DNA from: Candidatus Latescibacterota bacterium
Lineage (GTDB): Bacteria > Latescibacterota > UBA2968 > UBA8231
Reading direction: 5' to 3'
NCBI GenBank assembly: GCA_965197905.1
Contig: CBDAOB010000002.1
Location: forward strand, 192,001 to 256,000
DNA length: 64,000 nt
The notes beneath the pieces were generated by a model that had not been told where the DNA came from, did no database searches, and saw nothing but the letters and a program-made list of their open reading frames with translations. The translations under genes were made by a program, and so were the position numbers. This document shows, piece after piece, positions 1 to 10,400 of this stretch (positions within the stretch are counted from its first letter, which is position 1; the number at the start of each line of letters is the position of its first letter).

Positions 1-443
1 GGCGTGACATATTTCGCTCTATAACTCGCCGATTGATTGGCGAGAAGGTGGCGAGCTATCGGACCATGTTGTTCAACAAACCTGCCGAGCGCGGCACCCA
101 TCTGCCCTGGCACCGGGACCCGGCGTACAACGGTTACCAAATGATCAACATCTGGATAGCCCTCGACGAGGCGACGGTCGCCAACGGATGTATGCAATTG
201 GCCGCGGGCAGTCATCTCGCAGCACAAGACAGTTGGCCCGGAGATGAATGGGTGCCGGACGATATCGTAGAGCTCGTGGCGGACCCAGGTGAGGGTATCC
301 TGCTTCACAGCATGGTCGTCCATCGCTCCGGCCTCAACAAGACCGCCGAACCTCGGCGCGCTTTCGCGTATGGGTATGTGGACGCTGCCGCTGCGGTCGA
401 CGGCGCCGGTGTGCCGCTGCCGTTGATTTTCGGCGGCGATTAG
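1..443 (+). CDS. PhyH-family Fe(II)/2-oxoglutarate dioxygenase, 5'-partial
   Basis: NKP...WHRD (HxD), 'NIWIALDEATVANGCM', 'GSH', distal 'VVHRS'; frame is open to the left edge. Confidence 0.85.
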   Translation, partial: RDIFRSITRRLIGEKVASYRTMLFNKPAERGTHLPWHRDPAYNGYQMINIWIALDEATVANGCMQLAAGSHLAAQDSWPGDEWVPDDIVELVADPGEGILLHSMVVHRSGLNKTAEPRRAFAYGYVDAAAAVDGAGVPLPLIFGGD

Positions 444-510
444 CGAACGCTCTGCCGATCGCAGGTCATGCAGCTCATCCACCGTCGATACATTTCGCAA
501 TGGAGCCCCC

Positions 511-1542
511 ATGAAGAGAGTAACCGTCGACGCCGCCGGCAAGGTGGACGTCCAGGAAGCCGATTCTCCTGAGTTGCGCCCCAATGGTATTCTGACCCGC
601 TCCCTCTTCTCGCTCATAAACACAGGAACGGAGGTCTACATCGTCGGCAATCGCCCCCAAGGTGATTCGGACGACGTGGAGATTCTTGGATGCAGCAACT
701 GCGGCCGCGTGGTCGAGGTGGGTCTGGAGTGCGAGGGATCGGTAAAACCGGGTGACCTGGTGGCTTGCGGTGGCTTGCAAATGGCGACCCACGGAGAGAT
801 CTGTTCGGTGCCGCGCCAAATGTTCTCCGCGGTTCCGGATGGCGTCGACCCGCAGGACGCTGCCTTTACCACCCTCGGCACGGACTCCATGCATGGGGTG
901 CGGCAAGGGCGCGTCGGTCTCGGAGATAGGGTGGTGGTGCTGGGCACCGGCCTCATCGGTCAGATGGCGGCCCAGATGGCGCGCTTAAGCGGCGGCCATG
1001 TGCTGGTGGTGGGAAACAGCAACGAGCGCAGACTCGAATTGGCGCTGAGGTTGGGCGCTGAAGAAGTGGCGCTGGCTGGCCGTGAGGATCCTGTGGAAGC
1101 GGTGTTGAGATTTAGCGACGGCAGGGGCGCCGATGTGGTGCTGATGTGCGCGGCACCTTCGGGCAAGGGGGTCATGGGTCAGTGCCTGGATATGGTGCGG
1201 AAGAATGGACGCGTCGTCGTGGTCGGTCTGGCCGAGCTCGAGTTTCCGTTTCTTCAGTGGCATCGCACCGAAGCGGAACTGATGATATCGCGAGCGTACG
1301 GTCCTGGTCGGCACGACCCGGAATACGAAGAGAAGGGGATCGACTATCCCTACAACTTCGTGCGTTGGACCCTCAATAGAAACATGCAGGAATTCCTGAA
1401 GCTTGTAGCCCAGAAGAAGCTGGATGTGCACTCGCTCATATCCCACACCTTTGCTGTGGAAGAGGCCGAGGCGGCATTCGACCAGGTAGTTAACCGGCAC
1501 GACGAAATCACCTCTGTTCTCCTGGAGTATGGGACGAAATGA
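511..1542 (+). CDS. MDR-superfamily (alcohol dehydrogenase-like) oxidoreductase
   Basis: 'SLINTGTE', Rossmann 'GTGLIG', 'SRAYGPGRHDPEYEEKG.DYP..FVRWT' motif; SD GGAG upstream. Confidence 0.85.
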   Translation: MKRVTVDAAGKVDVQEADSPELRPNGILTRSLFSLINTGTEVYIVGNRPQGDSDDVEILGCSNCGRVVEVGLECEGSVKPGDLVACGGLQMATHGEICSVPRQMFSAVPDGVDPQDAAFTTLGTDSMHGVRQGRVGLGDRVVVLGTGLIGQMAAQMARLSGGHVLVVGNSNERRLELALRLGAEEVALAGREDPVEAVLRFSDGRGADVVLMCAAPSGKGVMGQCLDMVRKNGRVVVVGLAELEFPFLQWHRTEAELMISRAYGPGRHDPEYEEKGIDYPYNFVRWTLNRNMQEFLKLVAQKKLDVHSLISHTFAVEEAEAAFDQVVNRHDEITSVLLEYGTK

Positions 1543-2360
1543 TGAAACTTTCTCTCTCCGCGCGCATCGCCGAAGAAGAGCACATAAAGGACACCACTGC
1601 GATCAGTTTCGAGGAGCTGGCGAATGTGGCTCGCGACACCGGCTTCTCCGGATTGTGTATCCGCCCCTCCCAGGCTACCGTCGATACCCCGAAAGAGGTA
1701 ATCCAGGAAATGCGGGCGGTGCTCGACCGCTACAACCTCTCCGCTTCGATGGTTACGCTGGATCCGATAATCGCGACGAACACGGCTGAGGCCGGACGGC
1801 CGCAGCGCGAGATCGGCCGCCACCTGGATTACGCCGAGATCCTCGGCGCTACCCTCATTCGCATTGCCATTAAAGATGACGAGGATGTGAAGTGGACCCG
1901 AACCGCCTGTGACGAGGCGGCAGAACGAGGGATCATGTTGTTGCAGCAGACCCACACCGACAGCCCCGCCGAGACGATCGATGGGTGTGTCGACCTGGTC
2001 AAAAAGATCGACCACGCTAGTTTCGGTCTCACGGTGGAGCCCGGTAACCTGGTGCTTTGCGGCGATGAGTACGGTGAAGAGGAGATGAAACGTCTGGCAC
2101 CCCATGTCTGCAACGTCTATCTGCAGAACCTGCGTCCCGTAGCGACCGGCGTCAGAAGCGTGCCCACCTACAGCGGTGAGGCGTTTTACGAGAGGTTGGT
2201 CGTTGGTGAGGAGGGCGGCATCGATTCAGAGCTGTTCCTTTCTGCCTTGAAAGCGATCAACTACGACGGTTTCGTGACCACCCACCAGCCATCCATGGCG
2301 GACAGATCGGCGCGACAATTGGCGGAGTACATGGCAGAGCGGCTCACGCCCCACCTGTAA
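1539..2360 (+). CDS. Sugar-phosphate isomerase/epimerase, xylose-isomerase-like TIM barrel
   Basis: AP-endonuclease-2-like pattern ('QTH', 'EPGNL', 'INYDGFVT'); ATGA overlap with upstream gene. Confidence 0.7.
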   Translation: MMKLSLSARIAEEEHIKDTTAISFEELANVARDTGFSGLCIRPSQATVDTPKEVIQEMRAVLDRYNLSASMVTLDPIIATNTAEAGRPQREIGRHLDYAEILGATLIRIAIKDDEDVKWTRTACDEAAERGIMLLQQTHTDSPAETIDGCVDLVKKIDHASFGLTVEPGNLVLCGDEYGEEEMKRLAPHVCNVYLQNLRPVATGVRSVPTYSGEAFYERLVVGEEGGIDSELFLSALKAINYDGFVTTHQPSMADRSARQLAEYMAERLTPHL

Positions 2361-2780
2361 GTCAGATCGGCCTGCCAAAATAGGGCAGCGGTCCAAATGC
2401 CCTGAAAGCCGGCACGCAACGTGCGCGGCGGCATGGGTAGTCCACGTGCAAGATGGGTATGGAGCACAAGGCCAGGCGTCTGGAGCAAAACCCTCCAGGT
2501 AGGTGCGATAGGTGGTGGCGAAACGTGGATTGATGGAGAACAACTCCAGACCCTAGCCGGATGACGGTTGCCGTCCAGGTTGCTGTCGTAAACGTGGGAG
2601 TTTGCGACATTGAGTCCCAGTCTGGCTGCTCCGAGGTCCGCTTCGACACGGCCCCCAACTGATCAAGCTGTATCCCCCGTCGCCGTAGCCTTGCCGAGAC
2701 GCTCCACAGGCCCGTTAATTCTCTGCCTGCCCTTGCGCGAGGTCGAGATCACGCTCCTACTCAACAATAAGGAGACAAGA

Positions 2781-3833
2781 ATGCCCCGCTTTACTTCACA
2801 AGAGCTTCGCGAGATCGGCACCTCTCTTTTCCAAGCCTCTGGATGTCGCGAAGAGGATGTGAAGGCGGTCGTTGATCACCTCGTCGAGTCGAATCTCTTC
2901 GGCCACGATTCTCACGGTGCTATTCGTTTCTCCGAATACGCGCGGGCGATCCGCGAGGGGCGGTTCCAGCCCAACGCCACGCCAAAGATCGTCAAAGATC
3001 ATCCCGCTACCGCTGTGGTAGATGCCGGCGGCGCCATGGGCCAGGTAGGTGCTACCTTTGCCACGAAGCTGGCTATGGAAAAGGCCCGCGCATGTGGCAT
3101 CGGCACCGTGGCATTGCGAAACACCAGTCACATCGGTCGCGTGGGAGCCTATCCTCTGGCTGCCGCGAAACAGGGGTTCATCGCCCAGATCTTCGTCAAC
3201 GCTGGACAACTGGGCTACCAGATTGCGCCCTTCGGAGGCATCGACGGTAAACTCAGCACCAATCCCTTGGCCTTCTCGGCACCCCGGAAGGAAGCCCCAC
3301 CAATCATGGTGGACATGACTACCTCGGTCGTCGCCGAGGGCAAGATCCGCGTTGCCCTCAATAAAGGCATCCAAGTTCCGGAAGGATGGCTTATCGATTC
3401 GAAGGGCGACCCGACCGTGGAACCCACCGACTTCAGTGGAGATCCTCCCGGCGCGATTCTGCCACTTGGGGGTGTGGTGGCACACAAGGGCACGGCCTTG
3501 AGCCTCATGGTGGAAATACTCGGGGGTGCGCTGAGTGGGCTCGGTTGCGCTGCCGGATCGCAGACCATGGTGAGTAACGGCGTGCTGCTGAACGTCTACA
3601 ACATCGATCACTTCGTCGATCGCGACGAGTATTTCGACGAGCTAGAACGTCTGATCGTACACATGAAATCGAGTCGCCTCGCCCCGGGCTTCGACGAGAT
3701 TCTACTGCCCGGAGAGCCTGAGCTCCGCAGCTCCGAAAGGGTTGAGCGGGAAGGTATTGAAGTAGATGAGATGACATGGTCCGCCATCTGCGAAGAAGCT
3801 AAATACGTCGGGCTGGACCTGAAGACGCCCTAG
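2781..3833 (+). CDS. Ldh_2-family (malate/L-lactate/sulfolactate-type) dehydrogenase
   Basis: 'GHDSHG', 'SHIGR', 'STNP', 'DMTTS..AEGK', 'HKG', 'LLPGE'; AAGGAG SD before ATG 2781. Confidence 0.9.
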   Translation: MPRFTSQELREIGTSLFQASGCREEDVKAVVDHLVESNLFGHDSHGAIRFSEYARAIREGRFQPNATPKIVKDHPATAVVDAGGAMGQVGATFATKLAMEKARACGIGTVALRNTSHIGRVGAYPLAAAKQGFIAQIFVNAGQLGYQIAPFGGIDGKLSTNPLAFSAPRKEAPPIMVDMTTSVVAEGKIRVALNKGIQVPEGWLIDSKGDPTVEPTDFSGDPPGAILPLGGVVAHKGTALSLMVEILGGALSGLGCAAGSQTMVSNGVLLNVYNIDHFVDRDEYFDELERLIVHMKSSRLAPGFDEILLPGEPELRSSERVEREGIEVDEMTWSAICEEAKYVGLDLKTP

Positions 3834-3914
3834 TCGTCACTGCCTCCAGGGTCTCGCTGCAGGGGGGCCGTTCGGGATGCATCTGCGGCGAAGAACGACT
3901 TTGTTCGACCGCAA

Positions 3915-4712
3915 CTACAGGTGCAGATTGACGAAGGGCAGGAGGCGCGCCCATCGTGGGTTGTCGCCCGCGTAGTTTAACAGTCCGATCTGCACGCCGC
4001 GCAAGTGACGGGTATAGTTCACGATGCCGATGGCGACCCCGGCGAAATCGTTCGTTCGTCGCTGCAATCGCCACCCGGTAAGGCCGAAGCCGTTCAACGC
4101 ACCCAGGGTGACACCCCGCACCTCTTCGGAGACCACCATGGCGCCTGCCGCCACCCCGTCGATGCTGCGACCGGCCTCGGTGCGCAGCAAACTGACCGCG
4201 ATCCCGGTGACGCTGTCACCCGCGCCTGCTGCCAGACCTCCCAGTAGAATGCCCCTGGCTCGTCTTCCCGCTCCGGCAAAAAGCCCGATGCCCAGGCCGG
4301 TGAAATCGCCACCCGCCCCGGCCGCCAACCCCCCTAGAGCCACGCCCTCGACCGTCTCCCCGGCGCCGGATCCCAATCCGCCGATGGCGATTCCAGTGAC
4401 GTTCCGGTGAGCGCCTGCTCCGAGCAATCCAAGCGCAGCTCCCCGAACGTCCCGGGCCTCCGGAGCGACCAGACCGGCTGCGAGACCGTTGATCGTCGCC
4501 TCGGGATTCTTGCCGGCCTTCCAGAGGGTAAGGTTGACCCCGGTGATCTCTGTGATGCCCTGGTCGCGCCAGTTGACTCGCAGGCCGGTGTGCCGTGGGG
4601 AGTTTCCGAAGCTAAGACCGTATCCACCCGACGCCAGGTCGAAGGATGCCGGCCATGAGTTGACGCTCCACGACAGAACGAACGTGATAACGCAAATGTA
4701 ATTCCTATACAC
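3915..4712 (-). CDS. Exported Gly-rich repeat (LA_2272-like beta-solenoid) protein
   Basis: Signal-like N-terminus, ~15-aa 'GxAxGGL' repeats, 'GVQIGLLN', C-terminal 'LPFVNLHL'. Confidence 0.7.
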   Translation of the reverse strand: MYRNYICVITFVLSWSVNSWPASFDLASGGYGLSFGNSPRHTGLRVNWRDQGITEITGVNLTLWKAGKNPEATINGLAAGLVAPEARDVRGAALGLLGAGAHRNVTGIAIGGLGSGAGETVEGVALGGLAAGAGGDFTGLGIGLFAGAGRRARGILLGGLAAGAGDSVTGIAVSLLRTEAGRSIDGVAAGAMVVSEEVRGVTLGALNGFGLTGWRLQRRTNDFAGVAIGIVNYTRHLRGVQIGLLNYAGDNPRWARLLPFVNLHL

Positions 4713-5163
4713 GACCCGATCCTCTATTTGAGCTATACCATTCTTCGACTAGCGCGCCTGTTCGGAGCCGATATAGATCGACCCACGCAGCAGGCCGGGC
4801 GACTCGGCGCCTTCATTTCACAAGCCTACTTCCGATACAGCAACTAGGAAGGGATAAACGGTGCTAACGCTAGTTAAATCAAGAAACTGCGCGCTGTCAG
4901 TTTCGGGAGGGATCGTGTCGGCTCCGAGGAATCCGGACCCGGGACGAGCTGTTTGCGGTCAACGGCGTTCGGAGCCAGCACGCCATGATAACGCGCAAGA
5001 TTGAGGAGCGGTCCGGAACCCCAACGTGGCGCTCCCAGCCTTGACCTGAGCCACGATAGAGACCTTTATGCTGGCAACCGCGCGAATCTCGCAGGTGCGC
5101 TTCGAGCTACGCGAAGCGCGACTTTACTCATTCTGGCTACAGTGACCCGCGGAGAACTGCCAC

Positions 5164-6699
5164 ATGCCACGAATGAAGGGCGCGCAGGCCCTTGCACGAC
5201 AGCTGCGTTCCGAGGGCGTGAATACCGTATTCACTCTACCCGGCGTGCAGATTATGGAGGCATTCGATGCGCTGTACGAGCTGCAGAATGACATCCAGCT
5301 CGTGCAGACGCGGCATGAACAGGCGACGACCTACATGGCGGATGGTTACGCCAAAGCCACGGGCAAGGTCGGCGTTGCAATGGTTGTTCCCGGCCCCGGC
5401 GCTCTCAATGCGGCGGCCGGCTTGGGAACCGCTTATGCCAGCTCGTCACCCGTGCTTCTCATATCCGGTCAGATCCCCAGTGAAACCCTGGGCAAGCGCC
5501 AGGGACAGCTTCATGAAGTCGAAGACCAGCTGGATGTCTTCAAGCCCATTACCAAATGGAATCATCGCGTTTTAGATGTTGGGGAGATTCCCCAAGTTGT
5601 CCACGAGGCTTTCCGTCAGCTCAAGACCGGTCGCCCGAGACCTGTCGAGCTTGAGATTCCTCCCGATACGCTGGGCGCGATGGGCGATGCCGACATCATC
5701 GAGCTAGAGGAATATCCCCGGGCAGCAAGCGATGCGGGCGATATTCAACGGGCGGCTCAGATCCTTGCCCGGTCGAAACGGCCTACGATAGTCACCGGAG
5801 GAGGAACGATCACATCGGGTGCGTCTCGGGAACTGCGGGAGCTGGCGGAGTTTCTCCAGGCGTCCGTCACCACGACCCAACAGGGCAAAGGGGGATTCTC
5901 AGAAGACCATGAGCTGGCTGTCGGAGCGAACTATGCCGCCGTCAATGCCGCCTCCGTCGTTTTTCCCGACTCCGATGCGATTCTCGCGGTTGGCACTCGT
6001 TTGATGTTCAGAGACTATCAACCGGAAAGCCCGCCGCCATTGATTCAGATCGACGTGGACGAGGCAGAGATAGGCAAGCTCATGACTGCTGAGGTCAGCA
6101 TCGTGGCTGACGCCAAGACGGCCTTGGCGCAATTGCTCGAGCAGCTCCGCGCCACGAGCTCGCCAAAGGAATCGCGCAAGCGGGAGATAGCCGAATACCG
6201 GGAAGCCTACCGCAATGACCTGCGCGAAATGGCCTCTGACCAAATGGATATGATAGGTGTTATCAGAGATGAGCTTGGCGACGATGACATTCTGCTCAGT
6301 GGCATGACCAACGTCGGCTACTGGAGCAATCTAGCCTACCCTGTCCGAGTTCCCAGGACCTTCATCACATCCTCCTACTTTGGAACGCTGGGCTACGAGT
6401 ACCCAACCGCACTTGGAGCAAAGGTGGCGCAGCCTGACAAGAAGGTGGTGGCCCTCTGCGGCGACGGCGGGTTCATGTACAATCCTCAGGAGCTTTCGAC
6501 GGCTTCAAGGTACGGGCTCAATGTCGTCGCTGTCGTCTTCAACAACAAAGCGTTCGGCGCGTCCATGTGGGACCAGACCCACCGCTTCAGTCAACGCTTC
6601 ATCGGGACAGACCTGCGCAACCTGGACGCCGATGCGCCCATTCTCCTAGAAGTCGAAGTCCCCAACATGATGCCGCCGTTTCAGATTATTCGTAACTAG
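5164..6699 (+). CDS. Thiamine-pyrophosphate-dependent enzyme (acetolactate synthase large subunit-like), with probable short internal deletion near the C-terminus
   Basis: 'RHEQ', 'GPG', TPP motif 'GDGG...NN'. Confidence 0.9.
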   Translation: MPRMKGAQALARQLRSEGVNTVFTLPGVQIMEAFDALYELQNDIQLVQTRHEQATTYMADGYAKATGKVGVAMVVPGPGALNAAAGLGTAYASSSPVLLISGQIPSETLGKRQGQLHEVEDQLDVFKPITKWNHRVLDVGEIPQVVHEAFRQLKTGRPRPVELEIPPDTLGAMGDADIIELEEYPRAASDAGDIQRAAQILARSKRPTIVTGGGTITSGASRELRELAEFLQASVTTTQQGKGGFSEDHELAVGANYAAVNAASVVFPDSDAILAVGTRLMFRDYQPESPPPLIQIDVDEAEIGKLMTAEVSIVADAKTALAQLLEQLRATSSPKESRKREIAEYREAYRNDLREMASDQMDMIGVIRDELGDDDILLSGMTNVGYWSNLAYPVRVPRTFITSSYFGTLGYEYPTALGAKVAQPDKKVVALCGDGGFMYNPQELSTASRYGLNVVAVVFNNKAFGASMWDQTHRFSQRFIGTDLRNLDADAPILLEVEVPNMMPPFQIIRN

Positions 6700-6814
6700 C
6701 TGAGGCCGGACGACACCACCTGCTGCTTCCCTTCTGAGTTTGATCGACTACCCAACGCGTCGCGAGCCGTAGATCCGTCGGAGCTGTCCTGCATCGTGGA
6801 ATTCGTGACGGACT

Positions 6815-6832
6815 TGTCCGCATTAGCGGACA
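6815..6832. promoter_or_regulatory. Palindromic TGT-N12-ACA box, candidate bEBP enhancer (UAS)
   Basis: TGTCCGC-ATTA-GCGGACA, perfect 7-bp inverted repeat 100 bp upstream of a sigma54 site. Confidence 0.55.
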
Positions 6833-6889
6833 TCCAGCCCGCAAGACCCCGACAAACCGAGGCAATCGGGATTCACCTAACTCACTTTT

Positions 6890-6902
6890 TTTCAAGGCAT
6901 TA
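6890..6902 (+). promoter_or_regulatory. IHF-like site
   Basis: TTTCAAGGCATTA, one mismatch to WATCAANNNNTTR, between the UAS and the -24 element. Confidence 0.4.
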
Positions 6903-6931
6903 GCCCTCCAGTAGAGAGGGCAGTCGTTGAC

Positions 6932-6948
6932 CTGGCACGGCTGTTGCA
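6932..6948 (+). promoter_or_regulatory. Sigma54 -24/-12 promoter
   Basis: CTGGCACGGCTGTTGCA, exact match to YTGGCACGRNNNTTGCW (GG-N10-GC). Confidence 0.8.
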
Positions 6949-6981
6949 TCTACCTTGCGAAGCCGGTTTCAGAAACCGCAC

Positions 6982-7089
6982 CTGGACGGCCGCGACGAAA
7001 GCGGTTTATCGATGGCGAGCGGCGTCTACTTCTATCGGTTGCGGGTGGGGGATCAGGTTGAAACTCGAAAGCTACTACTGCTACGGTGA
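6982..7089 (+). pseudogene. Remnant 3' end of a gene with a FlgD/T9SS-type-A-like C-terminal domain
   Basis: Translates LDGRDESGLSMASGVYFYRLRVGDQVETRKLLLLR*, very similar to the last residues of 7489..10818; rest of the gene absent. Confidence 0.85.
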
Positions 7090-7353
7090 AGGAATCAGAA
7101 TCTTCATAACCGCCATCGTAAGTCCGGTCAACGCGATCATGGTGGTCATGAGGACGGCAAAACGCGAGTCGATGCGCCGATGGGTCTCATCGATTCGCTG
7201 GCTCAACGAGCGATTGGTTTCGTCGATCCGACCGTGGATGGCGCGCACATCCTGGCGCAGATCCTGGATGTCTTCGCGCAGATATGATATGCCCCAGCGA
7301 AAGTCCTCCGGCGGCTGCGGAGGGGGTGATTTCGGGTCGGGGGTTTCGGTCAC
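7081..7353 (-). CDS. Small coiled-coil protein with C-terminal TM anchor (DUF1640/Bdr-like architecture), paralog A
   Basis: FRWGISYLREDIQ...RIDETNR...RIDSRF plus hydrophobic tail; GGAG SD; paralog at 10822..11112. Confidence 0.8.
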   Translation of the reverse strand: MTETPDPKSPPPQPPEDFRWGISYLREDIQDLRQDVRAIHGRIDETNRSLSQRIDETHRRIDSRFAVLMTTMIALTGLTMAVMKILIPSP

Positions 7354-7413
7354 GGTGAGCTCCTAACGGCAATATACAAACGCAGCCAAACGTCATCCAA
7401 CGAAGCTGAGGAA

Positions 7414-7430
7414 AGCAGATCGCATGCCAG
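7414..7430 (-). promoter_or_regulatory. Sigma54-like promoter for paralog A
   Basis: Minus strand CTGGCATGCGATCTGCT (GG-N10-GC), conserved in copy 2. Confidence 0.65.
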
Positions 7431-7488
7431 CGTATCTCACTCTGAAAAGGGCACTGGAATCAGATCGACTGTCTCAATTCCTCGCCAC

Positions 7489-10400
7489 TTGTGGGTATTC
7501 CTCATGCCACGTTTGCTCCGCGCACCTCCGTCCAACGCTGTCTTCGTCGACTACAACAACGACGGCTTCCAGGATGTTTTCTTTGCGGAATTTCAAACCA
7601 GGCAGATCGGCCTGTTCCAGAACACCGGAGACGGTCGCCTGATCGACATGACCTCCGCAATCCCGAGCGAGCTGGTCCCGCAGGGCGGCATTCTAGCCGA
7701 TTATGATAACGACGGGGACGAAGACCTTTATCTGGCGGTTTCTAACCCTGATCGCAATCTCCTCCTGCGCAACGACCGCGGTCTATTTACCCAAGTAACC
7801 TTTGACGCCGAAGCGGCACCGTTGATTTCCGCTGATGCGATCTGGCTCGATTACGACCGGGATGGGCATCTGGACCTCTACACCTCCAGGTTCTTCGGCA
7901 ACCCGCTGCGAGGCAACCGACTGTTTCGCAACAACGGTGCGGGCCTCTTTGTCGATCGCACGGCAGCGTCAGGCTTGGACAGCCTCTTTCATCCCCAGGG
8001 GGGCGGCTCTATAGGCGGCATGGCCGGCGGCGATTTCAACAACGACGGCCAGGGCGGCTTCGTCGATGCTACCACCAGTGAGATTGCCGACGAGGGCCTG
8101 GCGCTCGACCTTGCCGTCGGAGACATCGACAACGACGGGGACCTCGACATCTTCCAGACCGCGACCGCAGACGATATTGAGGTGGATGAATCCCGCAACC
8201 TGATGCTGTTGAATCTGGGCGACGGGCAGTTCCTTGACGTCACCGAAGGCGTCGGCCTCGGTGTAAGTATCCTGGGTTCCAGCGCGATTGGTGCCGTTTT
8301 CGCTGATGTCGACAACGATGGCGATCTGGATCTCATTATCGGTATTTCGCGAACGCGATCGGGATTCGAGAACTTCCTTCTGCTGAATGACGGCAGCGGT
8401 ATCTTCACGGATGCAACCGACCAATCCGGAATAGAACAACTCGGAGGAGATCTGGCCGTTGGCGATTTCGACGAGGACGGTTTTGTCGATCTCTTCTATC
8501 CCTCCTACACTCGTGGTCGCGCCTCCTTCTACCGCAACAACGGCAATAACAATCACTGGCTGCGAGTCGAGCTGATCGGCATAGAGAGCAACCGCAACGG
8601 CATCGGTGCCCGCTTGTTCGCTGACGCCGGCGACCTGAGGCAGATGCGGGAGATACTGGGCGGCCTGGGTCGCCAGCAGGACGAGAAGGTAGCGCACTTC
8701 GGCCTGGCCCAGCACACCCAGGTGGACCGGCTGGAGATCCGCTGGCCTTCGGGGCAGGTGGATGTGCTGGAGAACATTCCCGCAGATCGGAAGATTCGCG
8801 TCTTCGAAGGCCGGGGAGGATACCAAGTCGTAGAGCCGACGCGCTGGGAACACTCCCTTCCCGCTGTCGTGTTGGAGGGGGAAACCGTCACCTTCGCGGC
8901 CTCGGTGCGGCCGGCCCTGTTCGAGCCGGACGCCGAGGTGTTGAGTGCCACCCTCGATCTGAGCGCCTTCGGCGGTTCGGCGGCACAGCCGCTCACGCGG
9001 TCGGCGGACGGATCCTACACGGTGGAGGCGTCGTTCACGGTCGGCCCTTCAATGGACGTGCCAACGATCTCGGTCCTGATCGAACAATCCACTTCCTTGG
9101 GACCTCACTGGGTGCGCCTGGACGCTGCGATCAAGGTGGCGCCGGCGCCCGTTCCGGGACAGACCTTTACCGATGTTGCGGCCCTCGCCGGGGTCCACGG
9201 CCCGCATGGCACGGCGTTGTGGGGGGATTACGACGGCGACGGGGATCAGGATCTATTTCTTGGGAACGCAAAATTTGCCACCCGTTTCTACCGCAACAAC
9301 GGGGACGGCAGCTTCACCGACGTCGCCGATCTGGTGGGCGTGGACTCGCGATTGACAGCTAGCTGGGGGGCCTTCTCTGACTACGACAACGACGGCGATC
9401 TGGATCTCTTTGTCATCCGTTTCCCTACCCGCCAGTTGTACCAGAACGACGGGGACGGAACCTTCGTTGAGGTAGCCGCAACCGCCGGGGTGGACCAGGG
9501 GCGCTTCAACACCAGTCCGTCGTGGTCCGACTACGACCTGGACGGGGATGTGGATCTATACGTTGGTCGCAACAGCTTTTTCGAGAACCAGGCGGACGGC
9601 ACCTTCATCGATGTCGCGGCCGCTCGTGGCTTCGATGGTGGCGACGGACTTGGCAGTTTCTCGTTCTGGGCCGACTACGACAACGACGGCGATCCGGACC
9701 TTTTTCTAGGGAACCAGCGCAATCCCGCTCGCCTCTATCGAAACGAGCGCGAAGGGGAGGCTTTCACCGATGTTACCGAAGCGTCCGGGATCGGGGCCTT
9801 TTTTGGTGATTTTGGCACGGTCTCCCCGGCATGGGGAGACTACGACAACGACGGCTTTCTCGACCTGGGCCTGACCGAGGCGGCGCGGGAGGGAGCAGCG
9901 GGGGAGAACAACTCCTGGCTCTTCCGCAACAACCGGGACGGTACGTTTAGGGACGTGACGGAGACGGCGGGCATCGACCAGAAGGGCGATGGGAGCGGCA
10001 TCGACTGGGGCGATTACGATGGCGATGGCCTGCTGGATCTGTTGCTTACCAGTTCCGAGGACGGGAACCGCTTGTACCGAAACCAGGCCGACGGCACCTT
10101 CGCCGACGTGGCGGTTTCAACGGGCGTAGACCGGCCCCACTCCGCGGGTGCGGCTTGGGTCGATTTCGACACCGACGGCGATCTGGATATTCACCTGTAT
10201 CAAACCATCGGTCCTCGACTGTATCGCAACGACGGCAAGTCGCGGCGCTGGCTGCAGGTACAGGCGGCCGGTAGGCAGAGCAACCGCAGCGGCATCGGGG
10301 CGGTTGCGACAGCGGTAACCGGGAGCCACCGGCAGCGGCGCGATCTGGCTTCGCAAGGGGGCAAGACGATGCCCATGGAGTTCGGGCTCGGCGATGCCAC

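Larger units (their letters stand above)
6982..7525. repeat. Copy 1 of a diverged ~550-bp direct repeat (CTD end + small gene + sigma54 promoter + enhancer boxes)
   Basis: Blocks shared with 10711..11279, e.g. GTCTACTTCTATCGGTTGCGGG, AATATACAAACG, TCGACTGT.TCAATTCCTC.CCACTT. Confidence 0.85.

Noticed and set aside
7540..10230. CRISPR-like or DGR-like repeats (recurring GACTACGACAACGACGGC)
   Set aside because: These are in-frame FG-GAP calcium-loop codons with irregular spacing; no cas or reverse transcriptase gene.
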